Assembly (NCBI GenBank): GCA_000008885.1 | Contig: BA000021.3 | Span: 630,001 to 662,000 of the forward strand | DNA from: Wigglesworthia glossinidia endosymbiont of Glossina brevipalpis | GTDB taxonomy: Bacteria; Pseudomonadota; Gammaproteobacteria; Enterobacterales; Enterobacteriaceae | DNA length: 32,000 bases | Reading direction: 5' to 3' | Part shown: piece after piece, positions 20,913-30,029 of the stretch | Layout of the letters: every line of letters begins with the position of its first letter | How positions within the stretch are numbered: the first letter of the stretch is position 1 | Made by a program: the position numbers and the translations under genes | Notes under the pieces: model-generated | What the model was told of the DNA's origin: nothing | The model's database searches: none | Seen by the model: only the letters and a program-made list of their open reading frames with translations

Positions 20913-21917
20913 ATGATAAAAAAATTAAATATATTTAGTGGAATGCAACCATCTGGAATACCTACTTTAGGTAATTATATTGGAGTATTGCGCCAATGGA
21001 AAATCTTGCAAAAAATTTATAACAGCATATATTGTATTGCAGATCTTCATTATTTGACTAATAATAAAGAAAATTCTAAGATTTTATTTAAACGTTCTTT
21101 AGACTTGTTGGCTATATATTTAGCATGCGATATAGATCCAAATGAAAGTGTAATATTTTTACAATCTCATATACCTGAACATTCTCAATTATCTTGGATA
21201 TTAAACTGTTATACTTATTTTGGAGAATTAACAAGAATGGTTCAGTTTAAAGAAAAAATTAAAAATAAAAAAAATATAAATTTAGGACTGTTATCCTATC
21301 CAGTATTAATGGCGAGTGATATTTTATTATACCAAACTGATATAGTGCCTGTTGGAAAAGATCAAATACAACATTTAGAATTAAGCAGAACAATAGCAAG
21401 AAGATTTAATAAATTACATGGGGATGTATTTATCATTCCTGAAAAAATTATTTCTAAAACAGGATCTAAGATTATGTCATTATCCAACCCAAACAAAAAA
21501 ATGTCTAAATCTAATTTAAATAGAAATAATTTTATTTCACTATTAGATCAACCTTACTCAATAATAGAAAAAATAAAAAATGCTAAAACAGACTCTGATA
21601 ATCCACCAAAAATAAATTTTGACATAATAAAAAAACCAGGTATTTCTAATTTATTATCTATAATATCAGAACTAAGAGGTATAAATATAAAAGATCTGGA
21701 AATAAGTTTTAAAAATAAATCATACAAATATCTAAAAAATGAAGTTACAGGAGCAGTTTTAGAACATTTAAAAATTTTGCAAAAAAAATACTTCTTAATA
21801 AGAAAAGACGAAAAATATTTAATAAATATATTAAAATCTGGATCTAAAAAAGCAAAAAAAATAGCTAGAGGCACTTTAAAAAAAGTAAACGAATCAATTG
21901 GATTATTAAATTTTTAA
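20913..21917 (+). CDS. trpS: Tryptophanyl-tRNA synthetase
   Basis: IFSGMQPSGIPTLGNYIGVLRQW (class I HIGH-like region), PVGKDQIQHLELSRTIARRFN, and the KMSKSN signature. Confidence 0.98.
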   Translation: MIKKLNIFSGMQPSGIPTLGNYIGVLRQWKILQKIYNSIYCIADLHYLTNNKENSKILFKRSLDLLAIYLACDIDPNESVIFLQSHIPEHSQLSWILNCYTYFGELTRMVQFKEKIKNKKNINLGLLSYPVLMASDILLYQTDIVPVGKDQIQHLELSRTIARRFNKLHGDVFIIPEKIISKTGSKIMSLSNPNKKMSKSNLNRNNFISLLDQPYSIIEKIKNAKTDSDNPPKINFDIIKKPGISNLLSIISELRGINIKDLEISFKNKSYKYLKNEVTGAVLEHLKILQKKYFLIRKDEKYLINILKSGSKKAKKIARGTLKKVNESIGLLNF

Positions 21918-23923
21918 AACATAATTTTTGTTTTATTTATTAAATCTTTAGATTTATTTACTACGTTATTTTTAGTAATTTTAAAAAACTTAAATAAATC
22001 TTCGCATGATCCAGATTTTCCGAATTCATCTATTCCTATTATTTTATCATTATATCCAATATATTTATTCCAAAATACTGAACTACCAGCTTCTATAACT
22101 ATTTTAGGAACTTTAATGGGTAAAACAAAGTTTTTATAAGATTCTAACTGAGAATCAAATAAATCCGAAGATGGCATAGAAACTACTCTAATTTTATATT
22201 TATTTTTAGAAAGAATACTACATGCATCAATAGCAATTTGTACTTCTGATCCAGTTGAAATCAAAATAAGATCAGGAATGCTTTTACAATCTTTAATTAT
22301 ATATCCTCCTTTACATATATCATCTATTTTATCAATGCAACGATTTTGTTGAACAAGATCCTGACGAGATAATATTATAGCTGTGGGTCCGTTTCTTTCT
22401 ATTGCATATTTCCAAGATATTGCAGTTTCTAATTGATCGCATGGACGCCATACGCTTAAATTTGGGATCATTCTCAAACAACTCAATTGCTCTATTGGCT
22501 GATGTGTAGGACCATCTTCCCCTAAACCTATAGAATCATGCGTATAAATCATTATATGTTTAGAATTCATTAACGCTGCAGTACGAATGGCACTTCTAGC
22601 GTATTCAGAAAACACTAAAAATGTTGAAGTATAAGGAATAAACCCTCCATGAGTATATATTCCATTTGCTATAGACGTCATTCCGAATTCTCTTGCTCCA
22701 TAATGGATATAATTTCCTGAAAAATCAGATTTTATAGAAATAGACTTTGACCATTTTGTTAAATTACTAGGAGTTAAATCAGCAGAACCTCCTAATAACT
22801 CTGGAAGAATTGGTCCTATTTTTTCTAATAAATTATTAGAAGCTTGTCTGGTAGAAATGTTTTTAATTTTTAAATTCATGCTAGTTATTATATTGTTTAT
22901 TTTTTTACTCCAATCTTTTGGAAGAAGATTATTTAACCTTCTTGTTAGATCTTTGCTTAATCCAGGATATCTAGCAGAATATATATCAAATTTTTTTTTC
23001 CATTTATTTTCTAATAAATTTCCTTTATATTTATGATTCCAATATTCATAAATTTTTTCAGGAATAAAAAATGGAGGATGTTTCCATTTTAATTCTTTTC
23101 TAGTACATATAACTTCTTTTTTCCCTAAAGGGGATCCATGGGAAATGCAATTTCCAGATTTATTTGGAGATCCAAAAGCGATAATAGTATTACATATCAA
23201 TAAAGATGGTTTATCTTTTTTATTAATCGCCTCTTTAATTGCTAAATCAATTTTTTTATGATCATGACCATCTATGTCTTTTATTACATGCCATCCATAT
23301 GATGTAAATCTATTGTAAGTATCTTCATCAAACCAATCTTGCACTTTACCATCTATAGAAATTTTATTACTGTCATAAAATGCTATTAATTTTCCTAATT
23401 TCATAGTACCAGCTAAAGAACAAGACTCATGTGATACACCCTCCATCATACATCCATCTCCAAGAAATACGTATGTATAATGATTTATTATTTCGCAATC
23501 TGGTTTGTTAAATTGATGAGATAAAACTTTTTCGCTAATTGCTAATCCTACTGCGCTTGATATTCCTTGCCCTAAAGGGCCAGTAGTCATATCTACACCT
23601 TCAGTTACTCCAATTTCTGGATGACCTGGAGTCTTAGAATTAATTTTACGAAATTTTTTTAAATCTTCTATTGATAAATCATACCCTGTAAGATGAAGAA
23701 TGCTATACATCAAAGATGATGCATGTCCATTAGATAAAACAAAACGATCTCTGTTCACCCATTTAGGATTATTTGGATTATGATTGAAATAATTTCTCCA
23801 TAAAACTTCTGCAATATCTGACATACCCATTGGAGCTCCTGGATGTCCAGATTTAGCGTTTTCAACTATATCCATGCTTAAGATTCTTACAGCATTAGCT
23901 AATATTTTTCTAGAAATTTTCAT
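21914..23923 (-). CDS. tkt: Transketolase
   Basis: 669 aa with ANAVRILSMDIVENAKSGHPGAPMGMSDIAEVLW, GPLGQG, THDSIGLGEDGPTHQPIEQL and GGSADLTPSN. Confidence 0.98.
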   Translation of the reverse strand: MKISRKILANAVRILSMDIVENAKSGHPGAPMGMSDIAEVLWRNYFNHNPNNPKWVNRDRFVLSNGHASSLMYSILHLTGYDLSIEDLKKFRKINSKTPGHPEIGVTEGVDMTTGPLGQGISSAVGLAISEKVLSHQFNKPDCEIINHYTYVFLGDGCMMEGVSHESCSLAGTMKLGKLIAFYDSNKISIDGKVQDWFDEDTYNRFTSYGWHVIKDIDGHDHKKIDLAIKEAINKKDKPSLLICNTIIAFGSPNKSGNCISHGSPLGKKEVICTRKELKWKHPPFFIPEKIYEYWNHKYKGNLLENKWKKKFDIYSARYPGLSKDLTRRLNNLLPKDWSKKINNIITSMNLKIKNISTRQASNNLLEKIGPILPELLGGSADLTPSNLTKWSKSISIKSDFSGNYIHYGAREFGMTSIANGIYTHGGFIPYTSTFLVFSEYARSAIRTAALMNSKHIMIYTHDSIGLGEDGPTHQPIEQLSCLRMIPNLSVWRPCDQLETAISWKYAIERNGPTAIILSRQDLVQQNRCIDKIDDICKGGYIIKDCKSIPDLILISTGSEVQIAIDACSILSKNKYKIRVVSMPSSDLFDSQLESYKNFVLPIKVPKIVIEAGSSVFWNKYIGYNDKIIGIDEFGKSGSCEDLFKFFKITKNNVVNKSKDLINKTKIMF

Positions 23924-23925
23924 TT

Positions 23926-24885
23926 TTAACCTGATTTAAATTTTTTCAAAAAAAAGCTATCAATCTTTTTTTGGTCTCTTAAAAATAAACGAATTCCCTC
24001 AGATAATTTTTCTACTGCCATAAAGTTTTGATTAAACTTCCATCTGAACTCTTTTTCTAATAACTTATTTTTTTTAATTTTACTTTCCAAGTTTACTCTT
24101 ATAAAGTTTTTTATTTTTTTTAATTTTAAATTATTTAGTTTATTAACAAAATCAGGAGAAATAGTTATAGCATCGCAACCTATTATAGAAATAATTTGAT
24201 CTATATTTCTAAAACTAGCACCCATAACAAATGTTTTGTATCCATATTTTTGGTAAAAATAAAAAATTTTATAAACTAGTTTTACTCCAGGATCTATTTT
24301 GCTATTTTTATTTAATTTAAAATTTTTAATATACCAATCATTTACTCTTCCCACAAATGGTGATATCAAATATACATTTGATTCTGCACAAGCTATTGCT
24401 TGAACTAGAGAAAATATTAATGTTAAATTACAATTTATTCCAGATTTTTCTAAAAATTTTGCAGCTTGTATTCCTTCCCATGTAGCAGCAATCTTTATAA
24501 GAATTCTATTATTTTCTATTCCATATGAATTATATAATGATATTATTTTTTTAGCACGTATTATTAAATCTAAATAACTAAAAGATAATCTTACGTCTAT
24601 TTCGATAGAAATTCTACCATCTATAATTTTTAAAATTTCTCTTCCTATATTAACTAATAATTTATCATTAGCGTTAATTATATATGAATTTAAATTCCCA
24701 CCTTTTTTTTTAGCATATGATATAGCATCCATTAATAATGGATAATAATGTTTTGATTTAGATTCTCTTAATATTAATGATGGATTAGTTGTAACGTCTT
24801 TTGGAGAATATTTTTTTATATATTTTATATTTCCACTATCTATTACAACATTAGTAAATTTTTTAATATAGTCTAATTGATTCAT
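23926..24885 (-). CDS. tal: Transaldolase
   Basis: DVTTNPSLIL, IKIAATWEGIQAAKFLEKSGINCNLTLIFS (Schiff-base Lys region), SPFVGRVNDW and KTFVMGASFRN. Two nt upstream of tkt, as in the E. coli talA-tktB pairing. Confidence 0.98.
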   Translation of the reverse strand: MNQLDYIKKFTNVVIDSGNIKYIKKYSPKDVTTNPSLILRESKSKHYYPLLMDAISYAKKKGGNLNSYIINANDKLLVNIGREILKIIDGRISIEIDVRLSFSYLDLIIRAKKIISLYNSYGIENNRILIKIAATWEGIQAAKFLEKSGINCNLTLIFSLVQAIACAESNVYLISPFVGRVNDWYIKNFKLNKNSKIDPGVKLVYKIFYFYQKYGYKTFVMGASFRNIDQIISIIGCDAITISPDFVNKLNNLKLKKIKNFIRVNLESKIKKNKLLEKEFRWKFNQNFMAVEKLSEGIRLFLRDQKKIDSFFLKKFKSG

Positions 24886-24950
24886 TTTTTTCTCTATTTA
24901 CAAAATATAAAATTTAAATATTAAATAATATAAAATTTTTAACAAAATAA

Positions 24951-24982
24951 AAACATCTTAAATAATATTTTGTAAGATGTTT
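24951..24982 (-). terminator. Putative rho-independent terminator downstream of hemF
   Basis: Perfect 10 bp inverted repeat aaacatctta (24951-24960) and taagatgttt (24973-24982) with a 12 nt loop. Read on the minus strand it is followed by a T-rich tract (ttttattttgttaaaaatttt). It lies 3' of the hemF stop. Confidence 0.6.
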
Positions 24983-25013
24983 AGTTTAAAATTATTTAAA
25001 TTTACAAATAATT

Positions 25014-25925
25014 TTATTTATCAATCCAATCTTTAATTGGTAAAAAATCAGTATATAATTTTGACTCAGGGCTATTAGGTTTAGGATGCCATCCATATTC
25101 CCATTTTACTAATGGAGGCATAGAGGATAATATAGATTCTATTCTTCCATTAGACTGGATACCAAATAGAGTACCTCTATCTAATAAAAGATTGAATTCA
25201 ACATATCTTCCTCTTCTATATAATTGAAAGTTACGTTCTCTACTACCCCAAGAATAAGATTTTCTTAAATTTACTATTGGGAAATAAGCATCTATATACC
25301 CTTTTCCTATTGATTTGCTAAATAAAAAAGCACTATGAAAATCTGGCAAGCATAAATCATCAAAAAACAATCCTCCTATTCCACGAGATTCATTTCTATG
25401 TTTGATAAAAAAATAATCATCACACCACTTTTTGTATTTAAAATAAATATCATCACCAAATGGTTGACAAATTTTTTTAGCTATTGTATGCCAATGTATA
25501 ACGTCTTGATAAAATCCATAATATGGAGTTAAATCAAACCCTCCTCCAAACCACCATATTGTTTTTCTTTTTTTATTTTTAGCTAAGAAAAATCTTATGT
25601 TTAAATGGCTAGTAGGTACATAAGGATTTTTAGGATGAGAAACGACAGATATTCCAGAGGCTTGATAAGAACAATTTTCTAGATCTCTTTTTTTATTACT
25701 AGAGGATTTTGGAAGTGATTTTCCAAAAACATGAGAAAAATTCACACTAACTTGTTCAAATACTTTTCCTTTTTTTAAAATTCTAGTTCTTCCATATCCT
25801 TTTTTCGTATTCCACATGTCTTCTTTAAATAAAGATTTACCATCTATTTTAGAAAAAGTATTACAAATTATATTTTGTAAATTTTTAAAAAAAAATAAAG
25901 TTTTTTCTTGTTTTATTATTGTCAT
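25014..25925 (-). CDS. hemF: Oxygen-dependent coproporphyrinogen III oxidase
   Basis: [68 protein letters not shown] match HemF. Confidence 0.98.
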   Translation of the reverse strand: MTIIKQEKTLFFFKNLQNIICNTFSKIDGKSLFKEDMWNTKKGYGRTRILKKGKVFEQVSVNFSHVFGKSLPKSSSNKKRDLENCSYQASGISVVSHPKNPYVPTSHLNIRFFLAKNKKRKTIWWFGGGFDLTPYYGFYQDVIHWHTIAKKICQPFGDDIYFKYKKWCDDYFFIKHRNESRGIGGLFFDDLCLPDFHSAFLFSKSIGKGYIDAYFPIVNLRKSYSWGSRERNFQLYRRGRYVEFNLLLDRGTLFGIQSNGRIESILSSMPPLVKWEYGWHPKPNSPESKLYTDFLPIKDWIDK

Positions 25926-26083
25926 AATATTATTAATAATTATTAATTTAATAAAATATTTGTTAAGAATAAAAAATTTTTATTTACAAAATTATATTTT
26001 ATAAATTTTTTATTATAAAAATTCATATTTTATATTATATTCTAATACAATAATATCAACTTTTTTAAAATAGGAGTTATGTT

Positions 26084-26863
26084 TTGAAACCTTTTTTTTG
26101 GAGAATAATTGGATCAGGATCTGTTAATTTAGTTTTTATACATGGATGGGGATTAAACTCATGCATTTGGAATAATATAATAATAATTTTATCCAATTAT
26201 TTTAAATTACATTTAGTTGATTTACCAGGATATGGGAAAAATATTCTTTATAAAGAATATTCTTTCTCAAAAATTACAGAAATAATAGCATGCAAGTCTC
26301 CCAAAAAATCAATTTTAATAGGATGGTCTTTAGGAGGATTAATAGCAACTAATATATCTATTGTTTATCCTGAAAAATTCAAAGGATTGATTATTGTATC
26401 TTCATCTCCATGTTTTTGCGAAAAAAAAGATTGGCCTGGAATTAAAAAAGAAATATTAAATAATTTTTCATTTCAACTAAAAAATGATTTTCACAATACA
26501 GTAAAAAAATTTTTTAACATTCAATTTTTAGGAACAAAAAAAAACAATAATGAGATAAAAAAATTAAAAAATATTTTTTTTAGACAAAAAGAGCCTTCTT
26601 ATAAAACTTTATCTTCAGGATTAAAAATATTAAAAAATATAGATATAAGAAATTATTTAAAATATATTAAAATACCAACTTTAAGAATATATGGAAATTT
26701 AGATGTTATAGTTCCTGTAAAAATAATACCAATAATTAAAAAATTACAAAATTTTAATATTAATAAAAATATTATTATACCATCTGCATCTCATGCTCCT
26801 TTTTTATCTCATCCATTTCTATTTTGTAAAATAATAAAATATTTTATAAAAAAATTTAATTAA
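26084..26863 (+). CDS. bioH: Pimeloyl-ACP methyl ester carboxylesterase BioH (apparent TTG start)
   Basis: VFIHGWGLNSCIWNN, FKLHLVDLPGYG, LIGWSLGGLIATNI (nucleophile elbow G-W-S-L-G), SSSPCFCEKKDWPGIK, YGNLDVIVP, ASHAPFLSHP. SD aggag at 26072-26076, 7 nt before the TTG. Confidence 0.93.
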   Translation: MKPFFWRIIGSGSVNLVFIHGWGLNSCIWNNIIIILSNYFKLHLVDLPGYGKNILYKEYSFSKITEIIACKSPKKSILIGWSLGGLIATNISIVYPEKFKGLIIVSSSPCFCEKKDWPGIKKEILNNFSFQLKNDFHNTVKKFFNIQFLGTKKNNNEIKKLKNIFFRQKEPSYKTLSSGLKILKNIDIRNYLKYIKIPTLRIYGNLDVIVPVKIIPIIKKLQNFNINKNIIIPSASHAPFLSHPFLFCKIIKYFIKKFN

Positions 26864-26930
26864 ATTAATTTTTATTTTTAAAATGAAATATTATTATTTA
26901 TAATAAATAAATTTTATATCAATTAATATT

Positions 26931-27245
26931 ATGATTTGTTATATTTATTTATTTATAGCAATATTAGCAGAAGTTTTTTCTACTTCTTTGCTTAAAATTT
27001 CTGAAGGATTTACTAAAATTTTTCCATCTATTTTAATTATTCTTGGATATATAGTATCTTCGTTTTTTTTATCTCTTGCATTGAAAGATATCCCTATAGG
27101 AATAGCTTATTCTAGTTGGTCTGGATTTGGTATTGTATTTGTAACTATTTCTGGATATTTTTTATATAATCAAAAAATAAATTTAATTGAAATTTTTGGA
27201 ATAATTCTTATTATTACTGGAGTATTGATAATTAATATATATTAA
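26931..27245 (+). CDS. emrE: Small multidrug resistance (SMR) family transporter, EmrE-like
   Basis: 104 aa, four hydrophobic segments, IYLFIAILAEVFSTSLLKISEGFTK (conserved membrane Glu), IPIGIAYSSWSGFGIV and GVLIINIY are close to EmrE. The exact orthology is not proven. Confidence 0.85.
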   Translation: MICYIYLFIAILAEVFSTSLLKISEGFTKIFPSILIILGYIVSSFFLSLALKDIPIGIAYSSWSGFGIVFVTISGYFLYNQKINLIEIFGIILIITGVLIINIY

Positions 27246-27286
27246 ATTAAGATATTTTTATTTTTAAATTTATATAGATATTAATT

Positions 27287-27357
27287 CTGGGGCACCAGGA
27301 TTCGAACCTGGGATCGCGGGATCAAAACCCGCTGCCTTTCCTCTTGGCTATACCCCA
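27287..27357 (-). tRNA. tRNA-Gln (anticodon TTG)
   Basis: The minus strand reads TGGGGTATAGCCAAGAGGAAAGGCAGCGGGTTTTGATCCCGCGATCCCAGGTTCGAATCCTGGTGCCCCAG. Complete cloverleaf with anticodon arm GCGGG-TTTTGAT-CCCGC. CCA is not encoded. Confidence 0.95.
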
Positions 27358-27363
27358 AAAATT

Positions 27364-27447
27364 TGCGGAAGGCGAGATTTGAACTCGCATACCAATTAAG
27401 GCGTCAGATCCTAAATCTGGTGCGTCTGCCTGTTTCGCCACTTCCGC
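27364..27447 (-). tRNA. tRNA-Leu (anticodon TAG)
   Basis: The minus strand reads GCGGAAGTGGCGAAACAGGCAGACGCACCAGATTTAGGATCTGACGCCTTAATTGGTATGCGAGTTCAAATCTCGCCTTCCGCA. It has the long class II variable arm and anticodon loop TTTAGGA. Confidence 0.95.
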
Positions 27448-27453
27448 TATTTT

Positions 27454-27527
27454 TAGCTACGACAGGAATTGAACCTGTGACCTCGGCGTTATGAGTGCCG
27501 TGCTCTAACCAACTAAGCTACGTAGCT
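27454..27527 (-). tRNA. tRNA-Met, elongator type (anticodon CAT)
   Basis: The minus strand reads AGCTACGTAGCTTAGTTGGTTAGAGCACGGCACTCATAACGCCGAGGTCACAGGTTCAATTCCTGTCGTAGCTA. Anticodon loop CTCATAA, resembles E. coli metT rather than fMet or the CAT-type Ile tRNA. Confidence 0.9.
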
Positions 27528-27617
27528 ATAATGTTTGTGATAAATTATGCTTTGTGGAATTATAATAGTCAATTATTTTTTTTATTTATGTAATATATTT
27601 AATTAGTAAAAATAAAT

Positions 27618-29255
27618 TTAATTTTTAGAAATATGTATGTCTAAAGATCTTCCAGATGGATCAAAATTTAAATTTCTATATTTACTCCATTTTGAAGCTA
27701 TTTCTGAAGAACATGCAATTGATTTTTCTTGAGGAACACATTCTGCTGCACTGGGCAATGGAAAAAAATTTTCAAAAATCTCTCTATATAAATATTCTTC
27801 TTTAGATAAAGGAGTATTGTAAGGAAATTTATGAATAGCATTATTAAATTTTTTATCACTTATTATTTTTTTAGAAAAATTTTTTATACTATCAATCCAT
27901 TTATATCCTACTCCATCAGAAAACTGTTCTTTTTGTCTCCATAAAATATTATTTGGCAAATAATTTATAAAAGATTTTCTTAAAATATACTTTTCTATTC
28001 TATTTTTATTACACATTTTGTGTTTTGGATTTATCCTCATTGCAACATCTAAAAATTTTTTATCTAAAAAAGGAAAACGAGCTTCTATTCCAAATGCTAG
28101 CATTGATTTATTAGCTCTAGCACAGTCATAAATGTGTAAAGATTTTAACTTTCTAACTAATTCATCGTGTAAATCTTTTTCACTTGGAGCATTGTGAAAA
28201 TATAAATATCCTCCAAAAATTTCATCTGCTCCTTCTCCAGATAGAATCATTTTAATACCGCTAGATTTGATTTTTTGTGATATTAAATACATTGGAATAG
28301 AAGCTCTTATAGTAGTAATATCGTAAGTTTCTACATAATAAATCACTTTTTTTATAACATCTAATCCATCTTGTTCTGTGAATTTTACTTCGCAATGATC
28401 TGTATTTAAATATCTAGCGCATATCCTAGAAGAATGTAAATCTGGAGAATTTTCTAATCCAATAGAAAAAGATTTCAATTTTTTATTTAAATTTTTATAA
28501 TTCAATTCTTTTGATGCTATTGATGCAATTATAGAAGAGTCTAATCCTCCAGATAATAGAATACCAAAAGGTACTTCTGATTTTAAATGATTTAAAACTG
28601 ATTTTTTTAATGAATGTTTTATTTTTTTATAACTTAATAAACAATTTTTTATTGAATCAAATTCAAACCAATTTCTTTTATAATATTTAATAATTTTTTT
28701 ATTTAAATTACATAAATAACTTCCTATAGGAAATTCTTTTATATAATTACATACAGGAATCAACGCTTTCATTTCCGATGAAATGTATAAATTATTATCG
28801 CAATCATATCCCATGTATAAAGGAATCATTCCGATATGATCTCTGCCTATTAAATAAATTTTTTTTTCTATATCATATAATATGAAAGCAAACATTCCAT
28901 TTAATTTGTTTAAAAAATTTAATCCAAATTTTTTATATAAAGCTAAAACAACTTCGTTGTCAGAATTAGTATTGAAACTATAATCATGAATTAAATTTTT
29001 TTTTATTTCTTCGTAGTTATATATTTCTCCATTCATAATTAGAACATTTGTTTTGCTGTTATTAAATAATGGTTGATTTCCACTTTTAACATCAATAATA
29101 GATAATCTCTCATGAACTAAAATTACATCTTCATCACAATAAATTCCATTGGAATCTGGACCTCTATGTTTCATTAAATTAGAACATTTTAATGCTTTCT
29201 TTCTTAAAGAAATTGAATTATTTTTAATATTCAAAATACCAAATATAGAACACAT
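27618..29255 (-). CDS. asnB: Asparagine synthetase B (glutamine-hydrolysing)
   Basis: MCSIFGILNIKNNSISLRKKALKCSNLMKHRGPDSNGIY (N-terminal nucleophile Cys2), FGILLSGGLDSSIIASIAS (PP-loop), GEGADEIFGGYLYF. Confidence 0.98.
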   Translation of the reverse strand: MCSIFGILNIKNNSISLRKKALKCSNLMKHRGPDSNGIYCDEDVILVHERLSIIDVKSGNQPLFNNSKTNVLIMNGEIYNYEEIKKNLIHDYSFNTNSDNEVVLALYKKFGLNFLNKLNGMFAFILYDIEKKIYLIGRDHIGMIPLYMGYDCDNNLYISSEMKALIPVCNYIKEFPIGSYLCNLNKKIIKYYKRNWFEFDSIKNCLLSYKKIKHSLKKSVLNHLKSEVPFGILLSGGLDSSIIASIASKELNYKNLNKKLKSFSIGLENSPDLHSSRICARYLNTDHCEVKFTEQDGLDVIKKVIYYVETYDITTIRASIPMYLISQKIKSSGIKMILSGEGADEIFGGYLYFHNAPSEKDLHDELVRKLKSLHIYDCARANKSMLAFGIEARFPFLDKKFLDVAMRINPKHKMCNKNRIEKYILRKSFINYLPNNILWRQKEQFSDGVGYKWIDSIKNFSKKIISDKKFNNAIHKFPYNTPLSKEEYLYREIFENFFPLPSAAECVPQEKSIACSSEIASKWSKYRNLNFDPSGRSLDIHISKN

Positions 29256-29400
29256 GTTTCCTCTATGTATTATTTAAAATAATAATTTTATAATAATTAT
29301 ATAACTTTATTAAAGTTTATTTAAATTTTTATAAATTTAAAAAACTTTAATATAAATAAAAAATATTTATTGTTATTTATATTTTATTTATTAAATAGAT

Positions 29401-29997
29401 TTAAAATATATTTATATATAAATCTTTAACAAAGATATAAACTTTTTTTAAATTAATTTTTATAAATTGAATATCAATAAGATCTGCAACAAATATTAAG
29501 TCGTCGAATGGATATAGAACAGAAAAAGCAAAAACAAGATAACAAAATGTTCTTTCTCTTTTTATATTATTAGAAGGCAATATTGGTAAACATATTTTAA
29601 ATTTAAAAGGCCAAAATAAAGGAACTCCGAATGGAGTAAAAAAATCTGCTAGTATATGACTAAAATAACCAACTAGTAATGAATAAGAAAAATCTAAGGG
29701 AAATACATAATTAGTATTAAAAATATTAGAAAATATTATTACATATAATAAAAATAATGATAATAAACTATGAGTAAACCCTCTATGTCCAAATGTTTTT
29801 GAAATTGGTATTGAAATCCAATTAAGTTTTTTTCCTAAAAATGATCCAGGATGGTCCATATCTGGAAGTAAACATGAACATATACTTCCAGTTATTATAT
29901 GACCCCATTTACCTAAATACAAAGCATTGAAAATTTCTATTTTTTTTAAAAAAATAGCAACTGATAATCCAAATATTAAATGTCCTTTAGATGTCAT
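29401..29997 (-). CDS. ydjM: YdjM-like inner-membrane protein (DUF457 / predicted metal-dependent hydrolase family)
   Basis: MTSKGHLIFGLSVAIF, CLLPDMDHPGSFLGKKLNWISIPISKTFGHRGFTHSLL, GYFSHILADFFTPFGVPLFWPFK carry the His/Asp motifs and strongly resemble E. coli YdjM. Confidence 0.88.
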   Translation of the reverse strand: MTSKGHLIFGLSVAIFLKKIEIFNALYLGKWGHIITGSICSCLLPDMDHPGSFLGKKLNWISIPISKTFGHRGFTHSLLSLFLLYVIIFSNIFNTNYVFPLDFSYSLLVGYFSHILADFFTPFGVPLFWPFKFKICLPILPSNNIKRERTFCYLVFAFSVLYPFDDLIFVADLIDIQFIKINLKKVYIFVKDLYINIF

Positions 29998-30029
29998 TTA
30001 ATTTTTTAAAAACATAATTTTAATATTTA

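Noticed and set aside
21554-21874. 106 aa antisense ORF opposite the trpS 3' end
   Set aside because: Shadow ORF with no domain signature. It overlaps a conserved aminoacyl-tRNA synthetase.
25816-26004. Plus-strand 62 aa ORF overlapping the hemF start and spacer
   Set aside because: It is mostly antisense to hemF. The C-terminal hydrophobic part comes from AT-rich spacer. No SD or homology is seen.
27454-27527. Interpretation of the CAT tRNA as initiator fMet or CAT-type Ile tRNA
   Set aside because: It has a paired A1-T72 (fMet has a mismatch) and its body resembles elongator metT. The metT-leuW-gln context next to asnB also supports elongator Met.
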